Below, piece after piece: positions 21,177 through 31,468 of a stretch of DNA of 64,000 bases. The position numbers were made by a program, and so were the translations under genes. The notes under the pieces were generated by a model. That model was not told where the DNA came from, searched no databases, and worked only from the letters and a program-made list of their open reading frames with translations. The stretch spans positions 365,624 through 429,623 of the forward strand of contig CAWCNJ010000004.1 in NCBI GenBank assembly GCA_963796955.1, read 5' to 3'. The stretch comes from Endomicrobiales bacterium. Its GTDB lineage: Bacteria > Elusimicrobiota > Endomicrobiia > Endomicrobiales > JALOBY01. The stretch's first letter is position 1; the number at the start of each line of letters is the position of its first letter.

Positions 21177-21239
21177 TACCGTGTTAACGCCGCTGGGCGC
21201 CCACGGGCGCATAAACTCGGATAATTCAGGAGAAGTATA

Positions 21240-22975
21240 ATGATAAAAACAGGAGCAGAGATACTGGTGGAATGCCTTATGCGCGAAGGGTCGGATATGG
21301 TTTTTGGCTATCCGGGCGGCCAGGTTATTCCGATATTTGACGCAATATACCGCAGTAAGCTTAACCTTGTGCTGGTGCGCCATGAACAGGGCGCCGCCCA
21401 TATGGCAGACGGTTTTTCACGCTCGACCGGCAGGGTCGGCGTTTGTCTTGCCACATCAGGGCCGGGCGCCACAAACCTTGTTACCGGTCTTGGCACGGCA
21501 TACATGGATTCTATACCCATGGTCGCTATTACCGGACAGGTGCCGACAACATTGATCGGCAACGATGCTTTTCAGGAAGCCGATACGACGGGCATAACGC
21601 GCCCTGTCACAAAACATAATTTCTTGGTGAAAGATGTTAAGGACCTTGCGCGTACGATTCGCGAGGCTTACCATATCGCTTCCACCGGCAGGCCGGGTCC
21701 CGTCCTGGTGGATATTCCCGCTGACGTTCAGCGGGCTTCTACGGAATTCATTTGGCCAGAAAAAGTCGATATCAGGTCGTATAAACCGAATCTCGTTGGA
21801 CATCCCGGACAGATAAAAAAAGCCGCGCAGGCTATAAACGAGGCGAAACACCCGGTGCTCTACATCGGCGGCGGAGTTATTACGAGCAGTGCGGAAAAAG
21901 AGTTATGCGAGCTGGCTGCCAAGGCTGAGATCCCGGTTACAAATACGTTACTTGGGATCGGCGCTTTTCCGCCTCAGTCGCCGCTTTATCTGGGTATGCC
22001 GGGCATGCACGGAACATATTACGCCAATATGGCCATACAAAATTCCGATCTGATAATTGCCGTAGGCGCCCGTTTGACGACAGGGTTACCGGAAAGGTCT
22101 CGGCTTTCGCACCGAAGGCAAAAATAGTCCATATTGACATCGACCCGACCTCGATCTCTAAAAGTATTGTGGCAAATATTGCCATAGTCGGAGACGCAAA
22201 AGGCATACTGAAAGAATTGCTTAAAGATGTCCGCAACAATAAGCATGCCGAGTGGATGAAGACCATCGCAAATTGGAAAAAGACACATCCTCTCACATAT
22301 AAAGACACAGACAACAGGCTGCGCCCGCAGTACGTGATCGATCAGATCAGCGAACTGACAAAAGGCGAGGCGATAGTCGTTACCGAGGTGGGCCAGCATC
22401 AGATGTGGGCGGCCCAATTCTATAAGGCCAGCAAGCCGAGGAATTTCTTGAGCTCAGGCGGTCTTGGCACCATGGGTTTTGGATTTCCTGCCGGTATAGG
22501 CGCGAAAATGGCCAACCCTAAAGAGCAGGTTATAGTTATAGCGGGAGATGGTTCCATTCAGATGAACATTCAGGAAATGGCTACCGCCGTGCTTAACGGG
22601 GTGAACGTTAAAATAGTTATACTTAACAATTCATATCTTGGCATGGTGCGCCAGTGGCAGGAGATGTTCTGGGACAAGCATTATTCTTCCGTCTGTCTGA
22701 AAAAGAACGACCAGTGCCCGTTCCGCTGCAACAAGCGCACCGCCGACTGCCCGGGCTATATACCGGACTTCGTGAAACTTGCCGAGGCCTACGGGGCGGT
22801 GGGTATGCGTGTCACTGATAAAAAAGATGTAATCTCGTCATTGAAAAAGGCATTAAAACTCAACAAGACGGTTGTTATGGAATTTATAGTTGAAGAGCAG
22901 GAAAATGTTTATCCCATGGTGCCGGCCGGCCACGCTCTGGATGAAATCGTCACTCTTACAACTAACCTCGCATAA
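21240..22975 (+). CDS. ilvB: Acetolactate synthase large subunit (1-nt frameshift at ~22074)
   Basis: [20 protein letters not shown]. Adding one T to TTT at 22073-22075 restores [11 protein letters not shown] and joins the two ORFs. Confidence 0.94.
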
Positions 22976-22986
22976 GGAGAAATAGA

Positions 22987-23481
22987 ATGCGCCATACCAT
23001 ATCAGTCCTGGTGGAAAATAAGTTCGGTGTCCTTGCGCGTATATCAACATTGTTCGCGGCGCGGGGTTTTAACATAGATTCGCTTTCAGTCGGTGAGACG
23101 GAGAATCCTGATGTTTCACGCATGACCATCATCGTTCAGGGCGACGACCGCATACTTGAGCAGGTGGAAAAACAGCTTAATAAACTTGTCGATGTTATCA
23201 AGGTGCTGGACTTTCAACAGACCAAGCACATTGAGCGTGACCTGGCTCTGTTGAAAGTGAAAGTTGATAAACATAACCGCTCTGAGATTATGCAGATGGT
23301 AGATGTCTTTCGGGCGAAGATAATCGATGTCGCCCAGGATTCTATAATAGTAGAGATAACGGGCACGGAAGATAAAGTTGACGCTTTGATGGAGCTGTTC
23401 AAGCCCTTCGGCATCAAAGAAATGTCCCGCACCGGTGTTATCGCCATGGCTAGAGGTTCTAAGCTTGGTAATAGTAAATAG
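22987..23481 (+). CDS. ilvN: Acetolactate synthase small subunit
   Basis: VENKFGVLAR, RGFNIDSL, KQLNKLVDV. Confidence 0.96.
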   Translation: MRHTISVLVENKFGVLARISTLFAARGFNIDSLSVGETENPDVSRMTIIVQGDDRILEQVEKQLNKLVDVIKVLDFQQTKHIERDLALLKVKVDKHNRSEIMQMVDVFRAKIIDVAQDSIIVEITGTEDKVDALMELFKPFGIKEMSRTGVIAMARGSKLGNSK

Positions 23482-23482
23482 A

Positions 23483-23602
23483 GTACACGAGGCTATTTTC
23501 GGTGGGCATTTTCAGTGTGTGTCGCCTCTCGAGGCCCATGTTATGAGACGCAGTCTCTGAGGGTCGTTCTGAAAATGCGAAGCGAAAGATAGCCGAATGT
23601 AC
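23483..23602 (+). repeat. ~120-nt structured palindromic repeat, copy L-C
   Basis: gtaca...tgtac ends; same nested stems as L-A and L-B; begins right after the ilvN stop (23481). Confidence 0.92.
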
Positions 23603-23665
23603 GATAATGATCGAGATGTAGGTTTTTGAATTAAAGTAATATACGTTAAAACAGGAGGAAGTAAA

Positions 23666-24667
23666 ATGGCAGCCAAAATGTATTATGACAAAGATGCGAA
23701 TCTGGATCTTCTTAAGGGTAAAAAAATAGCGGTGATCGGTTACGGTTCACAGGGCCATGCACAGGCGCAGAACCTGCGTGATTCAGGCTTGAACGTTGTT
23801 GTCGGCCAGCGCGAAGGCGGCGACAATTATAAGAAGGCGATCGCCGACGGTTTTAAGCCGGTCAGCGCTGCTGATGCTACCAAGGGTGCGGATTGGATAC
23901 ATATCCTTTTGCCCGACGAAGTACAGGCGGGCATCTGGAGCAATGACATATTGCCGAATTTGAAAAAAGGCGCCACCGTCAGCTTCTCTCATGGTTTTAA
24001 TATCCGTTTCTTCCAGATAGAGCCGCCCGCGGATACGAATGTGGTGATGATAGCTCCCAAGGGCCCCGGCCATCTTGTGCGGCGCCAGTATGAGGAAGGC
24101 AAGGGCGTTCCCTGCCTTATAGCCGTGCATAACGACGCGACCGGTAATGCCAAGGATCTGGCACTTGCGTTCGCCAAAGGCGTCGGCGGAACACGCGGCG
24201 GTGTGCTTGAAACAACGTTCTCTGAAGAGACCGAGACGGATCTTTTCGGCGAGCAGGTGGTACTGTGCGGCGGACTTGTTGAACTGATCCGCGCCGGATT
24301 CGAAACGCTTGTTGAAGCCGGCTACCAGCCTGAGATCGCGTACTTTGAATGTCTGCACGAGTGTAAGCTTATAATAGACCTGATATGGGAAGGCGGCATC
24401 AACCGCATGAATTATTCCGTTTCAGATACCGCGGAATACGGTGAATATAAAGTCGGCAAACGCATTATTACCGACGAGACACGCAAAGAAATGAAGAAAG
24501 TGCTTGCCGATATCGTTTCCGGACAGTTCGCGCACGACTGGCTGCTGGAGAACCGCCTCGGCCGCCCTAAATTCAAACATTCACGCAAAGTCTGCAAGGA
24601 AGAGCCTATTGAAGTCGTCGGCAGCAAGCTGCGCGCGATGATGCCGTGGCTGAATAAGGGGAAATAA
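23666..24667 (+). CDS. ilvC: Ketol-acid reductoisomerase
   Basis: [33 protein letters not shown]. Confidence 0.97.
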   Translation: MAAKMYYDKDANLDLLKGKKIAVIGYGSQGHAQAQNLRDSGLNVVVGQREGGDNYKKAIADGFKPVSAADATKGADWIHILLPDEVQAGIWSNDILPNLKKGATVSFSHGFNIRFFQIEPPADTNVVMIAPKGPGHLVRRQYEEGKGVPCLIAVHNDATGNAKDLALAFAKGVGGTRGGVLETTFSEETETDLFGEQVVLCGGLVELIRAGFETLVEAGYQPEIAYFECLHECKLIIDLIWEGGINRMNYSVSDTAEYGEYKVGKRIITDETRKEMKKVLADIVSGQFAHDWLLENRLGRPKFKHSRKVCKEEPIEVVGSKLRAMMPWLNKGK

Positions 24668-25633
24668 ATGCTTAAGCCGTTCTTTAAGCCTAAGACGGTG
24701 CGGCTTGGCATTATCGCCGCTGTCGTGCTGGTATTGGGCGGCGTTACGGTTGACCTTGTTATGGACACTATCGTCCATTCCCGCAAGGATGTGATGGTGC
24801 CGGACTTTAAGGGAAAATCCCTGGGCGAAGCGATGACCATGACCGCCTCCATGAACCTGGGCATTAAAAAAGAAGGGGACGAGTTCGCTCAGAACCTTCC
24901 GGCGGGCACCATCATACGCCAAAACCCGCTGCCCGGTATGACGGTGAAAGAAGGTAAGATCATAAAGGTCACGCTCAGCCGCGGCGGAGAAGTGCTGTTC
25001 GTCCCTTCGCTTACCGGCCAGCCGGTGCGGACTGCCGAGATCGCTATTCGCCAGGCCGGGCTTGCCCTTGGTGAAGAGGGAACGCGTTTTTCTCTCAAGG
25101 TTGAAAAAGGCGATGTTATATCACAGGATCCGCAGCCCGGCGCGATCGCCGATAAAGATTCTATCGTGAGCCTTGTCGTTTCAGCAGGTCGCCCGCCGGA
25201 AGGCACCCTGCTGGTCCCGGATTTTTCAGGGAAAAGCATCGATGAGGCAAAGTCGTGGGCTTCCTCCAACAAGATCAGCCTGCAGATAGCGGAAGAAAAA
25301 TCTACTACCGCAGGCGCGGGCACCGTATTACGCCAAAATCCCACGCCAGATCAGGAAATAACCGGGGGGGGCACCGTTTCGGTAGTGATAGCGTCCGGCC
25401 AGTCATCCGGCAACGCACCGTCAATAGGGCGTAATTTCTATTACGAGATACCCCAGGGCGGCGAAACCCGTAAAGTACGCATCACCATGCTTGACGATAC
25501 GGGTGAAACCGAGATATTCAAGGGTGAACGCGCGCCCGGCAGCAAAATAGAGATACCGATCAATGCACGGGGTGCGGCCCGGGCAAGAATATACCTTAAC
25601 GGCATATTGGTTGAGGAAACGGATATTAAATAA
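24668..25633 (+). CDS. Membrane-anchored protein with three PASTA domains (no kinase)
   Basis: N-terminal TM; three VP.(F/L).G...Q.P repeats. Confidence 0.85.
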   Translation: MLKPFFKPKTVRLGIIAAVVLVLGGVTVDLVMDTIVHSRKDVMVPDFKGKSLGEAMTMTASMNLGIKKEGDEFAQNLPAGTIIRQNPLPGMTVKEGKIIKVTLSRGGEVLFVPSLTGQPVRTAEIAIRQAGLALGEEGTRFSLKVEKGDVISQDPQPGAIADKDSIVSLVVSAGRPPEGTLLVPDFSGKSIDEAKSWASSNKISLQIAEEKSTTAGAGTVLRQNPTPDQEITGGGTVSVVIASGQSSGNAPSIGRNFYYEIPQGGETRKVRITMLDDTGETEIFKGERAPGSKIEIPINARGAARARIYLNGILVEETDIK

Positions 25634-26767
25634 ATGAATAAGATAAAGATAGCTGACTACGTAAGGCCGGAAAGCAGCAAGTTCGAGCCGTATATCGCCG
25701 GCAGGCCTGTTTCCCAGATCAAACGGGAACTGGGTCTTAAGAAAGTCGTTAAGCTCGCTTCTAATGAAAATCCGCTTGGTCCTTCCCGGGCCGCGATCAC
25801 GGCAATAAAGAATGCCGCACGCGAAAGCTATTTTTACCCTGACGGGAATTCTTTTTTATTGAAGCAGGCTATCGCGGAAAAATTCGATATACCCGTGTCG
25901 CAGATAATACTGGGCGCCGGTTCCGATGAAATAATAGAGCTTTTGGCCAAGACGTTCTTTAAACCTACCGACGAAATAGTGGTCTCCCAATACGCCTTTA
26001 TCCGTTATAAGATGGCGGGCGACCTGATGGGCTGCAGGGTAGTGACGGTTCCCATGAAGAATTACCGCCACGATCTTCCTGCGATGCTGCAGGCCGTTAC
26101 TAAAAGAACGAAGGCTGTTTTTATCGCGAACCCCAATAATCCCACCGGAACCTATAATTCGGCGCGGGAATTGGAAGCGTTCCTGAAAGGCCTTTCAAAA
26201 AAATTCGGCGCGCACGCGCCGCTGGTCGTGCTGGATGAAGCTTATTATGAATTCTCGAGCATAAACCCCGATTATCCTCAGTCGATGGAATATCTGGAAC
26301 AGTATCAGAATCTAGTCATCACGCGCACGTTCTCAAAAGTTTACGGCCTGGCGGGCATCCGCGTCGGCTACGGCTTCGCATCTTCCGAAATAGCGGGTTT
26401 CATAGACCGCGTGCGGCCGCCATTCAATATTAATTCCGCGGCACAGGCAGCGGCTGTCGCCAGCCTTAAAGACAGCGGCCAGGTCACCAAAAGCGTACGC
26501 CTGGTTGAACAACAGAAAAAAGTCTTGTACAGCGCGTTCCTTAAGCTCGGCATAGAATATATCCCTTCTGCCGGAAATTTCATGTTGTTCCGCTCAAAGC
26601 CGTACGGCAGTTCGGAGCTGTTCAAGCTGCTGTTGAAAAAAGGCGTCATAGTAAGGGCCATGGACGAGTATTGCCTGCCCGACTGGGTGCGGGTGAGCGT
26701 GGGCCTGCCGTCGGAAAATGCGTTCTTCATCTCAAAACTAAAGCAGCTTTTTAAGGAAGGCCGGTAA
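25634..26767 (+). CDS. hisC: Histidinol-phosphate / aromatic aminotransferase
   Basis: KLASNENP, NPNNPTG, DEAYYE, RTFSKVYGLAGIRVGY. Confidence 0.93.
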   Translation: MNKIKIADYVRPESSKFEPYIAGRPVSQIKRELGLKKVVKLASNENPLGPSRAAITAIKNAARESYFYPDGNSFLLKQAIAEKFDIPVSQIILGAGSDEIIELLAKTFFKPTDEIVVSQYAFIRYKMAGDLMGCRVVTVPMKNYRHDLPAMLQAVTKRTKAVFIANPNNPTGTYNSARELEAFLKGLSKKFGAHAPLVVLDEAYYEFSSINPDYPQSMEYLEQYQNLVITRTFSKVYGLAGIRVGYGFASSEIAGFIDRVRPPFNINSAAQAAAVASLKDSGQVTKSVRLVEQQKKVLYSAFLKLGIEYIPSAGNFMLFRSKPYGSSELFKLLLKKGVIVRAMDEYCLPDWVRVSVGLPSENAFFISKLKQLFKEGR

Positions 26768-26769
26768 CC

Positions 26770-27786
26770 ATGATCATAACACTGAAGAAAGGCGCCGACA
26801 AAAAAAAGGTTGAGGCAGTTATAGCACGGGTCAAGAAGCTTAAGTACACACCGCATGTTTCCCGGGGCGCCAACCTGACCGTTATAGGCATGATCGGCGA
26901 GCGGGCTGAACGCTACCGTGAGATGTTCGAGGCGATGGAAGTCGTAGACCATATCAGTGAAATTGAAAAGCCGTATAAGCTGGCAAGCCGTGAGTTCAAG
27001 AAAGATAATTCAGTCATCAAGATCGCCAAGGGCGTTGAGATCGGCGGCAAGAAAATAGTCGTTATGGCCGGGCCCTGTGCGATAGAATCCCTGCACAATT
27101 CCCTGCTCACCGGCGGTCTAATAAAGGAGGCGGGCGCGACTATGTTCCGCGGCGGTGCCTTCAAGCCCCGCAGCTCTCCCTACGCCTTTCAGGGCCACGG
27201 CGAAAAAGCGCTGAAATATATCGCGGCCGTAAAAAAGAAACTGGGGTTGGCGACGATCAGCGAAGCGATGGCTGTCGATCAGATAGGCCTGGTGGCGAAA
27301 TATTGCGATGTGCTGCAGATAGGCGCCCGCAACGTGCAAAATTACGATCTGCTGAAAGAAGCCGGCCGCCAGAAAAAGCCCGTGCTGCTGAAACGCGGCA
27401 TGGCGACGACTCTCAAAGAGCTATTGCTTTCAGCCGAATATATCATGGCGCAGGGAAACTATAACGTTATCCTGTGCGAACGCGGAATCCGCACATTTGA
27501 AGACTCGACCCGTAACACTCTGGACCTGAACGCTGTACCGGTGCTGAAAAAACTAAGTCATTTGCCGGTCGTTGTCGACCCTTCTCACGGCATCGGCATC
27601 CGCGAACACGTAGCCACCATGGCCAAAGCCGCCGTGGCTGCTGGCGCGGACGGTCTTATCATTGAAGTTCACCCGAACCCGGAAGAAGCCCTCTCGGACG
27701 GACCGCAAAGCCTGCTGCCAACGCAATTCAAGACCATGATGGACGAACTTCGGCTGATAGCCGCCGCAGTTGGCCGGGAAATTTGA
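26770..27786 (+). CDS. aroF: DAHP synthase, type I-beta with N-terminal regulatory domain
   Basis: AGPCAIE, RGGAFKPRSSPY, QIGARN, DPSHG. Confidence 0.95.
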   Translation: MIITLKKGADKKKVEAVIARVKKLKYTPHVSRGANLTVIGMIGERAERYREMFEAMEVVDHISEIEKPYKLASREFKKDNSVIKIAKGVEIGGKKIVVMAGPCAIESLHNSLLTGGLIKEAGATMFRGGAFKPRSSPYAFQGHGEKALKYIAAVKKKLGLATISEAMAVDQIGLVAKYCDVLQIGARNVQNYDLLKEAGRQKKPVLLKRGMATTLKELLLSAEYIMAQGNYNVILCERGIRTFEDSTRNTLDLNAVPVLKKLSHLPVVVDPSHGIGIREHVATMAKAAVAAGADGLIIEVHPNPEEALSDGPQSLLPTQFKTMMDELRLIAAAVGREI

Positions 27787-27788
27787 TC

Positions 27789-28655
27789 ATGAAGTCCGCT
27801 AAGACAACTGTTGCGATAATCGGTGTCGGACTGATAGGCGGCTCACTGGGCCTTGCGCTTAAAAAACGTAAGCCCTGCAAATACCGCGTTATCGGTATCG
27901 GGCGCCATCCTCAAAAACTCTCGCAGGCTAAAAAATGCGGCGCGATAGATGAGGTTTTCACCGACATTTCTTCCGGTGTGCGCGAAGCTGATATTGTTGT
28001 TGTGTGCTCTCCGGTTGATACTATCGGCGCCATCGTCGGCACGATCGCACCGTTCATTAAGCCCGGTGCGGTTATTACTGACGTCGGAAGCGTAAAAGGG
28101 AATGTGACCAAAGAGGCTCTTGCCGCTTTGCCTAAGGCCTTAAGGAAAATATTCGTCGGCGCTCACCCCATGGCGGGTGCGGAAAAATCGGGTATAGCGG
28201 CCGCCGACTGCTCGCTGTTCTGCAATAGTTCGGTTGTTATCGATCCGGCTAACAAAACAGCTGCGGCAGTAGTAGCAGCTCTCTGGAAGGATGCCGGAGC
28301 TATACCCGTATGGCTTTCTCCCCGGACACATGATACGATAGTCGCTGTTACCAGCCACCTTCCGCATATACTCGCTTACGCGCTTTGCGCCCAGGCTTCA
28401 AAACTGGATCATGACGGCGAGGTATCCAGGATAATTTCGGGGTCTTTCAAGGATCTCACCAGAGTCGCCGATTCCGACCCGGATGCCTGGGCAACTATAT
28501 GTTCTTCGAACGCAAAACAGATCGCTCTTGCGATCGACAATATGATAACGGCGCTCAAAAAAAATAAAACGCTATTGTTTTCCAAAACGTCCCATAAAAA
28601 ACTTCTTACGCACGGCCACTTATGCCGCTCTAAACTGCTTAAAGGTACAAGGTAG
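27789..28655 (+). CDS. tyrA: Prephenate/arogenate dehydrogenase
   Basis: GVGLIGGS, DVGSVK, HPMAGAE, HD...A..SHLPH. Confidence 0.93.
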   Translation: MKSAKTTVAIIGVGLIGGSLGLALKKRKPCKYRVIGIGRHPQKLSQAKKCGAIDEVFTDISSGVREADIVVVCSPVDTIGAIVGTIAPFIKPGAVITDVGSVKGNVTKEALAALPKALRKIFVGAHPMAGAEKSGIAAADCSLFCNSSVVIDPANKTAAAVVAALWKDAGAIPVWLSPRTHDTIVAVTSHLPHILAYALCAQASKLDHDGEVSRIISGSFKDLTRVADSDPDAWATICSSNAKQIALAIDNMITALKKNKTLLFSKTSHKKLLTHGHLCRSKLLKGTR

Positions 28656-28664
28656 ATAAATTTT

Positions 28665-29966
28665 ATGGAATGGACGATCACTCCCGTCAGCAACGTTTTC
28701 GGCGAAATTTTAACCCCGCCGGACAAATCCATCACACACCGGTCTATCATGTTCGCCGCTCTGGCTGAAGGTGAATCGGTCATCGAAAATTATCTCGCGG
28801 CGGAAGACTGCATCAGCACCCTGAACGCTTTTAAAGCGATGGGCGTTGTTATAGACCGTTCCCCGGGTAGACTTTTGATCAGCGGCCGCGGTCTGAAAGG
28901 CCTGAAAGCGCCGAAAAAAGATATCGATGCCGGCAATTCGGGCACGACCGTGCGTATGTTGTGCGGCGTAGTGGCAGGCTGCGATTTTTCTGTAACTTTT
29001 ATCGGCGATAACAGCCTCTCCCGCCGCCCTATGAAGCGCATCATGGAACCGCTGCGCCGCATGGGCTGCACGTTCACCGCACGGGAAGATAATTTTTTGC
29101 CGCTGACCATAACCGGCAACCCGCAATTGAAGCCGATAGATTGGAAAAGCGAGGTTGCCAGCGCTCAGGTAAAGTCTTCCATACTGATCGCGGGATTGCA
29201 GGCTATAGGCACTACCAGTGTTACAGAGCCGGTAAAATCGCGTGACCATACCGAACGCATGCTTGCCGCGCAGGGCGCCCGCATTACCGACAAAGGTCTT
29301 ACGGTTTCAGTAGAAGGCCCCGCCAAACTAAAGCCCCTTAAGATCAAAGTACCGGGCGATATCTCATCGGCGGCGTTCTTTATGGCCGCGGGTCTGCTGG
29401 TGCCGGATTCAAAGATCATCCTCTATAACGTCGGTATTAACCCGACCAGGGACGGCATCATCGAAGTGCTGCAGCGCATGAACGCGCGCATGACCATATT
29501 GAAGAAATATAACGTCTCGGGCGAGCCGACCGCAGATATCCTGTTTGAATCGTCTCATTTGAAAGCCGTTAAGATCGGCGCGTCTCTGATACCCCGGCTT
29601 ATTGACGAAATACCGATACTGGCTTTGCTTGCGACCCAGGCAAAGGGCACCACGGTCATTTCCGGCGCCCAGGAATTGCGCGTTAAGGAAAGCGACCGGC
29701 TGCGGGTCATAGCAGTCATGCTTAAAAAGATGGGGGCAACGGTCGGCGAGACGACCGACGGGCTTATCATAACGGGCCCCACAAAACTGAAAGGTATCAC
29801 GGTAGACAGCTGCGGCGATCACCGCATCGCGATGACAGCCGCTATCGCGGGCCTTATCGCCGAGGGAAAAACTACCGTACAGAAAGTGGAATGTGTGAAC
29901 ACATCGTTCAGTTCATTTCATTCCAAACTAAAAACTATTTGCAAGGACTGCAGAGACAATGGCTAA
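28665..29966 (+). CDS. aroA: EPSP synthase
   Basis: DKSITHR, GNSGTT, SAQVKS, RDHTE, RVKESDR, DHRIAM. Confidence 0.97.
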   Translation: MEWTITPVSNVFGEILTPPDKSITHRSIMFAALAEGESVIENYLAAEDCISTLNAFKAMGVVIDRSPGRLLISGRGLKGLKAPKKDIDAGNSGTTVRMLCGVVAGCDFSVTFIGDNSLSRRPMKRIMEPLRRMGCTFTAREDNFLPLTITGNPQLKPIDWKSEVASAQVKSSILIAGLQAIGTTSVTEPVKSRDHTERMLAAQGARITDKGLTVSVEGPAKLKPLKIKVPGDISSAAFFMAAGLLVPDSKIILYNVGINPTRDGIIEVLQRMNARMTILKKYNVSGEPTADILFESSHLKAVKIGASLIPRLIDEIPILALLATQAKGTTVISGAQELRVKESDRLRVIAVMLKKMGATVGETTDGLIITGPTKLKGITVDSCGDHRIAMTAAIAGLIAEGKTTVQKVECVNTSFSSFHSKLKTICKDCRDNG

Positions 29967-30552
29967 CAAACATCCGTCGCATTTCGTTTTTATTTTTTTC
30001 CGGTTCATATTCTGGCTGCTTTCTTCTACCATCTGGCGCCGCAAGATCATCGGTATCGAGAATATCCCGAGAACAGGCGGGGTTTTAATAGCGCCCAACC
30101 ACCGCAGCGTTGCCGATCCGCCTATCGTAGGCTCAGCGGTTAACCGCCCGATGTTCTTTATGGCGAAACAGGAACTTTTTGACGTGCCGGTTTTCGGCTG
30201 GATAATGCACCGGACGAATTCTTTTCCCGTAAAGCGCGGAGCGCAGGACATGGGCGCGTTCCGCAAGGCGCTTAAACTGCTGAAGGACGGCATGCCCGTG
30301 CTTATATTCCCAGAAGGGGGCCGCTCTAAAACGGAAGGTTTCAGAGAAGCGAGGCCGGGCCTCGGCATGTTCGCCTGCATGGCGCAGGTGCCTGCTATAC
30401 CGGTGCGCGTTATCAACTCTGACCGTCTTTCCAGTTTCAAGCCTATCAAGATCATTTTCGGGAAACCGATCTATCCTCCCAGGGAATGTACCAAGGACGA
30501 TTATCAAAAGTTCTCGGAACAGGTATTGGAAGCGGTGAAAAAACTTGCGTGA
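29959..30552 (+). CDS. plsC: 1-acyl-sn-glycerol-3-phosphate acyltransferase
   Basis: NHRSVAD (HX4D), FPEGGRS. Confidence 0.9.
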   Translation: MANKHPSHFVFIFFRFIFWLLSSTIWRRKIIGIENIPRTGGVLIAPNHRSVADPPIVGSAVNRPMFFMAKQELFDVPVFGWIMHRTNSFPVKRGAQDMGAFRKALKLLKDGMPVLIFPEGGRSKTEGFREARPGLGMFACMAQVPAIPVRVINSDRLSSFKPIKIIFGKPIYPPRECTKDDYQKFSEQVLEAVKKLA

Positions 30553-31468
30553 CAATAAACGGCGGGTTAAGGCTCAGGTTAAGATCAAGACAGCGAAAAC
30601 CGCCGGGTTTTGTTTTGGGGTACGGCGTGCTATAGAGTTGGCGGAAAAGACAGTACGCGGTAAAGAAAAGATATATACGCTCGGCCCTATAATTCACAAT
30701 CCTCAAGAAATAAACAGGCTTTCAACACTGGGTATTAAAGCGGTGGAGCGGCCCCGGGGTTTAAAGAACGAGACGATCATAGTGCGGACCCACGGCATTC
30801 CCGCCGGCCTGAATGAAAAATTAAAACAGAATTGTCTGACGGTAGTTGATGCGACATGCCCGTTCGTTAAGCGTGCCCAGGAAATTGTGAAGCGCCTGTT
30901 CGCGAAAGGTTCCCAGGTGATCATCGTTGGGGACAAAACGCATCCCGAGGTGGTGGGCCTGGTATCGTACGCGAAAGGCAATTGCCGTGTCGTGGAAAAG
31001 AAGACCGATCTTAAAAAGATATCCCTTGCCGCTCAGGTCGGGGTGGTCTGCCAGACGACCCAGTCCCCCGAAAATTTCAAAGAGATCATGGCGGAAATAC
31101 GCAGGCGCAGGCCCCTTGCCGAGGCGCACAACACGATATGTCGCGCGACGGAAGACCGGCAAAGCGATGTGCGGCGCCTGGCAAAAACAGTTGATGTCAT
31201 GATCGTGGTAGGCGGGAAAAATTCCGGCAACACCCAGCGCCTTGCCGAGATAGCCCGCGAATATGTTCCTACGCACCATATAGAAACGGCTGCGGAACTC
31301 AAAACAGCCTGGTTAAAAAATGCTATAATAACAGGCATCACGGCCGGAGCTTCTACGCCGGATTGGATAATAAAGGATGTTCAGTGTCGTATTCGCGCAC
31401 TTGTGCGCGCCCCGCTAAAGGGAACTTTTAAATATAAGGAGCAGTACGATGGCAAACACAGACATTAA
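30545..31468 (+). CDS. ispH: HMBPP reductase
   Basis: GFCFGV.RA, IIHNP, DATCPFV, HPEV, TIC.AT, SGNT, GASTP; start approximate. Confidence 0.95.
   Translation: MRDNKRRVKAQVKIKTAKTAGFCFGVRRAIELAEKTVRGKEKIYTLGPIIHNPQEINRLSTLGIKAVERPRGLKNETIIVRTHGIPAGLNEKLKQNCLTVVDATCPFVKRAQEIVKRLFAKGSQVIIVGDKTHPEVVGLVSYAKGNCRVVEKKTDLKKISLAAQVGVVCQTTQSPENFKEIMAEIRRRRPLAEAHNTICRATEDRQSDVRRLAKTVDVMIVVGGKNSGNTQRLAEIAREYVPTHHIETAAELKTAWLKNAIITGITAGASTPDWIIKDVQCRIRALVRAPLKGTFKYKEQYDGKHRH

Noticed and set aside
21197..21210. Small GCGCC-cacg-GGCGC hairpin between ilvD and ilvB
   Set aside because: Too short, with no U-tract or leader peptide, so it cannot be called an attenuator.
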